64,000 bases of DNA from the IMG/VR virus record IMGVR_UViG_3300048599_000194, positions 175,177 to 239,176 of that record; one strand, 5' to 3'. This stretch comes from a virus. Its lineage: Duplodnaviria > Heunggongvirae > Uroviricota > Caudoviricetes. The position numbers were made by a program, and so were the translations under genes. This document shows positions 62,073 through 64,000 of the stretch, piece by piece (positions within the stretch are counted from its first letter, which is position 1; each line of letters begins with the position of its first letter). Below the pieces are notes generated by a model, which saw only the letters and a program-made list of their open reading frames with translations, made no database searches and was not told the origin of the DNA.

Positions 62073-62453
62073 TTAAATTCGAGTGATAACTCCGGTCAAT
62101 TCAAAGGGATCAACGTCATGCCAATCCTCAATGAAATTACTATCAACCGGCTTTCCGATGGGGGATGTTGCAACAGTGACGTGCTTAATTCTCTTGGTAC
62201 TCGGAACGTCAGTATAAACTTCCACGGCAAGCGCCTTATTGCTAAGGCCCACTCGCACTACCTGAAGAGGACCACGCGCCCCCAGGTGATTTTCAGCCCA
62301 TTCTTGCATGTCAGAATCTCGATCATTTCGATGAGTAATCGTCATGTGATGGGCGAAAACCTTCCAGCCTTCCGGGCGAAGATGAGCGGTCTTCTCCAAT
62401 AGGAGATTATGGGACTTTTCATCAAGAACAACTGAGTAGTATTCAAATTTCAT
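62073..62453 (-). CDS. 2H phosphoesterase-like protein
   Basis: Two HxT motifs: HHMTI and KHVTV. Confidence 0.7.
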   Translation of the reverse strand: MKFEYYSVVLDEKSHNLLLEKTAHLRPEGWKVFAHHMTITHRNDRDSDMQEWAENHLGARGPLQVVRVGLSNKALAVEVYTDVPSTKRIKHVTVATSPIGKPVDSNFIEDWHDVDPFELTGVITRI

Positions 62454-62471
62454 GTAATTCCCTTTATCGCT

Positions 62472-63026
62472 TTAATTTTTTGATGGTGTTGCCGAGTTCA
62501 TATTTACTGGAGGTAGCTTGGAAATATTTCGCTTAATCACGTTTGCTAGATCGGTCTTAAACATTTCCAAAATCGGCTTATCTTCAGGTAAGAAAATGAA
62601 ATTTACGCACGTCGCGTCAATGCCCTGAATCTCAAATCTAATTCCAATCTCGCTATTTGTTCCTACTTCTAAGGAACAGCCATCAAGTCCAATTACCTTA
62701 TATGCCATACCCTTCTTAGACCCGTTTACTTTCCGGCCATAATTCACATCAAACGTATTGTAATACGAAATCAAGTTCGTCAGAATATTTTCAAAGTAAT
62801 TCAGCGTCTGATCATCGTCGCTTCCGAATGTAAATGATTTGCAAGCACCTCTGGAGCTTTCAATGACAATGATGACTTCACCATGCCTATTGAATTTAAC
62901 CCCAATTTCATCTCCATTACTATTACCATATCGCATTGACTTGGACTGATTTCCGAGGCACATATTATAGATATTCCTTTCAGTTATCGAATCCGAAAAC
63001 CATTCGATAGTTTTCTTTTGATCCAT
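62472..63026 (-). CDS. Hypothetical protein
   Basis: 184 aa. Confidence 0.75.
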   Translation of the reverse strand: MDQKKTIEWFSDSITERNIYNMCLGNQSKSMRYGNSNGDEIGVKFNRHGEVIIVIESSRGACKSFTFGSDDDQTLNYFENILTNLISYYNTFDVNYGRKVNGSKKGMAYKVIGLDGCSLEVGTNSEIGIRFEIQGIDATCVNFIFLPEDKPILEMFKTDLANVIKRNISKLPPVNMNSATPSKN

Positions 63027-63462
63027 CTCCGTGTAAAATCATTGTGTCTTCGAGATTGTTGAAAAAATAGCTCAAATCACCGTACAAATTGGCAAATCTA
63101 GGATTTTCATTTTTATACTTTTCCAGCGACAGTAAATATCTGTCACGATGCGCAAACAAAGTATCGAAGGTCTGCCAACTATATGAATGATCACCCATAT
63201 TGATGTTATCTTCACCATATTGTTTTCGATAATGAATTCCAGATGGAATTAGATGCATACATGAGCCGTCAAAATCTTCAAAAGTTTCGAAATCTTCAGG
63301 TAGTCCTTTAGGCTCTTCAATTACATAAAGACTGAAAGTACTACGAACTCCAGCAATAAAACCAAATAGCTCATAATCACGTTCCCAGTCATACGTTGAT
63401 TGAATGGTTACCCACTTACCATCAACCTTTGCCTGCATTACTCCGTGAATGTCACAGCCCAT
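62980..63462 (-). CDS. Phage hypothetical protein (MGCDIH family)
   Basis: MGCDIHG...RDYELFGFIAGVR...GDHSYSW...RMVFGFDN; start reassigned. Confidence 0.8.
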   Translation of the reverse strand: MGCDIHGVMQAKVDGKWVTIQSTYDWERDYELFGFIAGVRSTFSLYVIEEPKGLPEDFETFEDFDGSCMHLIPSGIHYRKQYGEDNINMGDHSYSWQTFDTLFAHRDRYLLSLEKYKNENPRFANLYGDLSYFFNNLEDTMILHGDGSKENYRMVFGFDN

Positions 63463-63547
63463 GTCTTCCTCTAATTTCTCTGAAAACTTCAAATAAACTC
63501 GAATATCTTGTTCGCAGTAAGGAAGATACTTCCTCCATTCAGAATCG

Positions 63548-63883
63548 TCAACCTTTTTTGGTGTAGTTTGCCATTCGAGCTTCACGCCCTCGTTCCCACT
63601 TCCAATCAGAGTAACAACCTCGGATCCAGCAATACGTGTATTGCCGTATGAAATACCACATTCTACGTCCAAGGGGGACTCCTTCCTTAAATCGAGAAGG
63701 CATGAATAGAAGTATATCCTTCAATGCTTTTCGATTGTATTCCTTGATTTGATCAGCGGGCCATTCAACCCATTGATTAGGTACAACAACTTCCTTCTTC
63801 AATTCTTGATCGTATTTTGTGATTTCAAATCGAGTTAAAACACCGAGTCGATTGAAATGTAATACAATAGATCCATTATACAC
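63548..63883 (-). CDS. Hypothetical protein
   Basis: 111 aa; start uncertain. Confidence 0.55.
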   Translation of the reverse strand: MYNGSIVLHFNRLGVLTRFEITKYDQELKKEVVVPNQWVEWPADQIKEYNRKALKDILLFMPSRFKEGVPLGRRMWYFIRQYTYCWIRGCYSDWKWERGREARMANYTKKG

Positions 63884-64000
63884 CGAACCCCAAGAATTAC
63901 CCGCACTGAGGTATAATTTCCTATTTCTAAGGATAGCGAATGCATCAAATGGAATATGCTTTGTTCTGCCAAGATTTCCATAATTCTTAATAGTATATCT

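Noticed and set aside
1-64000. CRISPR array, integrase or transposase, structural genes
   Set aside because: No regularly spaced repeat-spacer series was seen; the recurring repeats are promoters; no such protein motifs were found.
1-64000. Stop-codon reassignment
   Set aside because: Long genes (375-596 aa) are intact in the standard code, coding density is high, and TAA, TGA and TAG all end genes.

Overview
A 64-kb accessory/early region of a large (jumbo-type) dsDNA bacteriophage. It holds about 160 mostly small, tightly packed genes, nearly all on the minus strand, and no structural, polymerase or terminase genes. At least 35 copies of one sigma70-type promoter (GTTGAC/GTAGAC-N17-GTATCTT, exact 17-nt spacing) organise it. 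Lipoproteins and an OmpA-like peptidoglycan-binding domain point to a diderm host. Recognisable proteins include a DenV-like glycosylase, a Dda/RecD-like helicase, two RNA-ligase-like proteins, a P-loop kinase, a 2H phosphoesterase, a Pth2-like hydrolase, a J-domain protein, ART-like proteins, a GNAT, a secreted HNH/DUF1524 nuclease, an FTR-like protein, a LemA/TPM-like pair, an ABC transporter/OmpA/PspA-like operon and three radical SAM enzymes. Four things stand out. (1) At 40-44.6 kb an RlmN/Cfr-like enzyme is naturally split: its catalytic AACGQL cysteine sits in a separately transcribed 43-aa peptide, the large subunit lacks the resolving cysteine, and a Cys-Gly-repeat precursor-like protein and two more radical SAM genes lie alongside. 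(2) At 4.4-7.15 kb there is a non-coding RNA island with several 290-475-nt structured RNAs and tRNA-like elements whose anticodon arms are non-canonical. (3) At 8.7 kb a helically phased DnaA-box array abuts a promoter. (4) At 52.5-60.5 kb there is an envelope-remodelling module. All family assignments come from motif recognition by eye, with no database searches.
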